From assembly GCA_963736115.1 (NCBI GenBank), contig CAVTNR010000005.1, positions 69,419-133,418 of the forward strand: 64,000 bases of DNA, given 5' to 3'. A program made the translations under genes and the position numbers. The notes under the pieces are model-generated. The model made no database searches, was not told where the DNA came from, and saw only the letters and a program-made list of their open reading frames with translations. The DNA comes from an uncultured bacterium (GTDB lineage Bacteria > Zhuqueibacterota > QNDG01 > DTFT01). Below, one piece after another: positions 60,365 through 64,000 of the stretch; position 1 is the stretch's first letter; the number at the start of each line of letters is the position of its first letter.

Positions 60365-63147
60365 TCACATCCCTTTATACTTCGGCCCTCCGCCGCCTTC
60401 CGGGAGTTTCCACGAGATGTTCCGGAACGGATCCTTGGTCTCGCACGTCTGGCAGTGCAGGCAGTTCGTGAAGTTGACCCGGATCCGCTTCTCCTCCTCC
60501 GACCACTCGTAGACCTGGGCCGGGCAGAAACGCGTGCACGGGCAGTCGAATTCGAGCTTGCATTTTTCCGCGCAGACATGCGGATCCAGCACCGCAATAT
60601 GGCTCGGCTGATCCTCCTCATGCACGGTTCCGGACAGGAACACGTCCGACAGCTTGTCCGGCATCAATGCATCCGACGGTTGGACGAACGGCCGGGTCCG
60701 GCTGCGCCGCTTCGAAAGGGGCGTCAGGGAATCGGCGTCCTCCCGGATCCGAAGCCGGCCCGCGGGCAAGAGACCCAGCGAGACGGTGTGCAGACCGATA
60801 CCCGCCATGAAGGCCAGTTGGCCGCCGTGATAGCACTGGTGGAGGTTCCGGACGCGGCGCATTTCCCTGCCCGCCCAGCCCCTGAAAAACGCCTTCGGAT
60901 AAGCCTCGAGCCGCGGCCTTCCAAAGTCGCCGGATTTCCATGCCTCGAACAGCGCGTCCCCCGCATCCATGCCCGACTGGACCGCGAGATGTATGCCCTT
61001 GAGCCGGATGGAGTTGAGCAGTCCGCCCCCGTCACCGACGATCATCAGCCCGTCCGCAACAGCCGCGGAACCGCGAATATCCCGCCCTCCGGAATCGTCT
61101 TGGCGCCGTATTCGATCACTTTGCCGCCACCGATCCACTTCTTCAGGAGCGGATGTGATTTCCAGCGGACAAAGAGATCGTGCGGATCGAGAAGCGGATC
61201 CCGGTAGTCCAGGCCGGTGGCGAGGCCGACGGTCACGTTCCTCCCGGGACCGGCGTACAGGAAACCGCCGGCATAGGTGGACGCGTCATGCGGATACCCG
61301 AAGGTGTGGAGTGCCGTTCCGGCCCCCGACCGCTCCTCCGGCAGTTCGATGATCTCCTTGATCGCCAGAACAGCCGCCTGGGGCATGGACTCCCGGTCCA
61401 GTCCGAATGCCCGAACCGCGCGGCGGGTTAAAGTGCCGTGCACGCCTTCGGCCAGCACCGTCACCCGGGCCTCGATCTCGTCCCCGGCCATGGCATTGTG
61501 CCGCGGTTGTCCATGCTTGTCGATTCCCTTGTCCCCGAGCCTCAGCCCCGCCACCGCGCCGCCGGCCTCCAGCCAGTCCACGGCCGCGAACCCGGCCGCC
61601 GTCTGGGCGCCCAGTGCCTCGGCTTCAGCCGCGAGCCAGCGCGTGAAACGCGAAAGCGACGTGATGAAGCATCCCTTCGACCCCATGCCCGGGGGCGTGA
61701 TCGGAACCCGGATCGCGGATCGGGATGTCAGGTAATAAAAGGGATTTTTCTCCACCCATGCGTCGACCGGCGCGCCCCGCTTTTCGAAATCCGGAAACAG
61801 CGTTTTCAGGGAAACGGGATCCACGGCGGCTCCGGACAGAACATGGCTCCCGATGTCCGCGCCCTTATCCATCACCATCACCTGCGGCGCCTCGAGTTTC
61901 TCGGCGAAGAGACGTCCTTCGATCACCGCTTCATTGTGCCGGTTCACCCTCTGCAGCAGGCGTATGGCCGTGGACAGGCCCGCAACGCCCGCTCCCGCGA
62001 TGAGTACATCCGTCTGAAAACGCTCGCGTTTGAGTTCCGGTCCGGCGGCCGGCGCGGTTTCCGTCCGGACTTCAGCGGCGGATACGGATAAAACGGTTTT
62101 CTCCTCCTGCGCCCGGATTCCGTCTTCAACCCGGATCCCGGCGCACTCCTGCGAACCGATTTTAACCTCCGGCATGGGCTCGTCCTTCAACTCGGTCGTC
62201 AGTTCCAATGCGTCCGTGTCCGCGACATCGTTCGCGGCATCGGCACCGGTCTCCGGTGGTTGTGACTCCCTGGAAAAGGATTTGTCTCCGGAGTCGATGG
62301 ATTCCCGGAATGCGGCTTCAGCCGCTGAACCTGCGGCGTTTCCGGTTCCATCCGCGGTTACGGCTCCGGCGTCAACCGCAATGCCGGCCGTCTGTCCGGC
62401 CCGGGTCTCCGGACCGGCTGGTTCCCGGGCTTCGCGGTTCGGCCCTTCGGATAAATGATCAACCGCCGTTTCCTGCGCCGCTTTCTGATTCGCGGGAATG
62501 ACCGCTTCGTCACGCGCCGATCCGGATTGCGGAATTCCAACCGGGACCTCATCCATGGCCGCGGCCGCGGACAGTACCGCGTCCAGTATTCCGTTCACGG
62601 CAGCGATGCGGTCTTTTTGCGCGAACGTTTCACGCCGCCTGCCGGACCGGCCGGCTGAAGACGGCCGGAGAGACTCGCGGGAACGGTCATCGGAAGACGG
62701 AACGGATGGTTCAACGGCCGGCTTTTCCGCGTTTGCTGTCACGACCTCGGGCGCCTCATCCATGGCCGGGACGGAAAGGGCCTCAGAGGACGCGTCCGCC
62801 GCGGGGACGGACGGTATTTCAACGGGTTCCGCCGCGATCAGGACTCCGGGCGCCTCCTCAACCGTCTCAACGGAGACCGGTTCGGAGTACATATCCTCTG
62901 CAATGCCGGACCGTAGTCCGTTCGACTCTGACGTCATCGGAGTATCGGACACATCCTCAACCGTCTCAACGGAAACCGGTTCAGAGGAGAAGGCAGGCTC
63001 CGCCGCCCGAACGGTTTGCGTACGCCCGACAGCCGCTGGTCCGGCATTCCCCTCTCCGGTCTGAGGCCGGGAATTGAACAATTTCAACAGTAAATGGAGA
63101 TCCGTAAATTCTTCCTTCTTGAATGGATTGGACTGCCGCTTTCTCAA
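60365..63147 (-). CDS. electron transfer flavoprotein-ubiquinone oxidoreductase with long N-terminal extension; frameshift near 61060
   Basis: DVLIAGAGVAGL, DKGADIGSHVLSGA, AEGVHG, YGAKTIPEGG, GIHLAVQSG, CPAQVYE, NCLHCQTC, PEGGGGPKY. Confidence 0.9.
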
Positions 63148-63180
63148 AACCGGAATAGGTCCGACGCATCCGGTTTGCGG

Positions 63181-64000
63181 CTATTTTGTGTCCATGATGA
63201 GCGGGAGCCCGTCTTTGCCGGCACCGACGATAATGACCTTGGTGTTCGTCGAGTTGGCCAGCTTCTCCGTCGCCTCGATGCCCTTCCAGCGCAGCAGCGG
63301 CTCACTGATGCCGCGGGTCACGATGCTCTGGAAATCCGCGATGCCCTGGGCTTCGATTTTCTTCCGCTCCGCCTCCTGCTTCTCCTTGAGGAGAACGAAC
63401 TGCATGCGCTGGCTCTCCTGTTCCGCCTGAAGCTTTTGCTCGATGGACTGGGAGAGCCCTTCGGGAAGTCCGATGCGGCGCATCGGCACGGCCTCCACGA
63501 CGATGCCCCTGGCCGCGACGATCTTCTCCAGGTCCGATTTGATGAGATTCGAAACCATTTCCCTTTCGGATGTGTACAGGGCCTTGGCCTCGTAGCTCGC
63601 CGTCACGCCGCGCGCCACCGATCGGAATTGCGGCACCAGGAGGATGTCGGCATAGTCCTTTCCGACCGTTTTGTATACGTCTGACGCTTTTTCCGGGTCC
63701 AGATGGTACAGGACACTGATGTCCAGCTTGATGTTCATCCCTTCCTTGGAGGGAACGTCCATCACTTCCATGGAGTCCTGCGTCTTGATGGAGAACTTGA
63801 TGACCCGGGCGAAGGGATTGACGAGATTGACGCCCGCCTTCAACGTGCGGTTGGAGACGTGGCCGAGAAAATCCACGACCCCGACATGTCCGGCCGGGAC
63901 CACGGTGAAGCATGAAAAAAGGGCGAACAGGACGAGCAGGCCGATGGCCCCCAGCCTCGCCGCCTTGGGCACGCCGGTCTTCGAATACTTGTTTTCCGGG
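63181..64000 (-). CDS. prohibitin/SPFH (band 7) family protein (5' end may lie outside window)
   Basis: VPAGHVGV, PSKEGM, IEQKLQAEQE, EAERKKIEAQG, WKGIEAT. Confidence 0.9.
   Translation of the reverse strand, partial: PENKYSKTGVPKAARLGAIGLLVLFALFSCFTVVPAGHVGVVDFLGHVSNRTLKAGVNLVNPFARVIKFSIKTQDSMEVMDVPSKEGMNIKLDISVLYHLDPEKASDVYKTVGKDYADILLVPQFRSVARGVTASYEAKALYTSEREMVSNLIKSDLEKIVAARGIVVEAVPMRRIGLPEGLSQSIEQKLQAEQESQRMQFVLLKEKQEAERKKIEAQGIADFQSIVTRGISEPLLRWKGIEATEKLANSTNTKVIIVGAGKDGLPLIMDTK

Overview
GC-rich bacterial chromosome segment. Secreted proteins ending in an NYPNPFN/FlgD-Ig-like domain suggest an FCB-group anaerobe such as candidate phylum KSB1 (inference). Left part: HNH-trpS-scpA-scpB-rluB-cmk-plsC-ispH-rpsA on the minus strand, then tRNA-Asn followed directly by a His-rich attenuator leader and a his operon with a two-component pair inserted between hisA and hisF. 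Middle (17-53 kb): an accessory region with an M4 peptidase, GH43, GH9, ABC and TPM genes, and a MarR-hgcA-hgcB mercury-methylation operon. Right part: tRNA-Leu, purM-plsY-gpsA-asnS, ETF-QO and an SPFH gene. The strongest unexplained signal is a family of nine intergenic elements built from inverted arrays of the heptamer GTTCAT(A/G). Each sits at or just after a stop codon. Eight enclose a unique 36-50 nt AT-rich spacer. One encloses a four-helix-bundle (23S-IVS/Avd-like) gene, and its arms are identical to those of one 'empty' copy. Many genes carry single-base frameshifts, probably long-read assembly indels. Coordinates not taken from the ORF track were counted by eye and may be off by a few bases.
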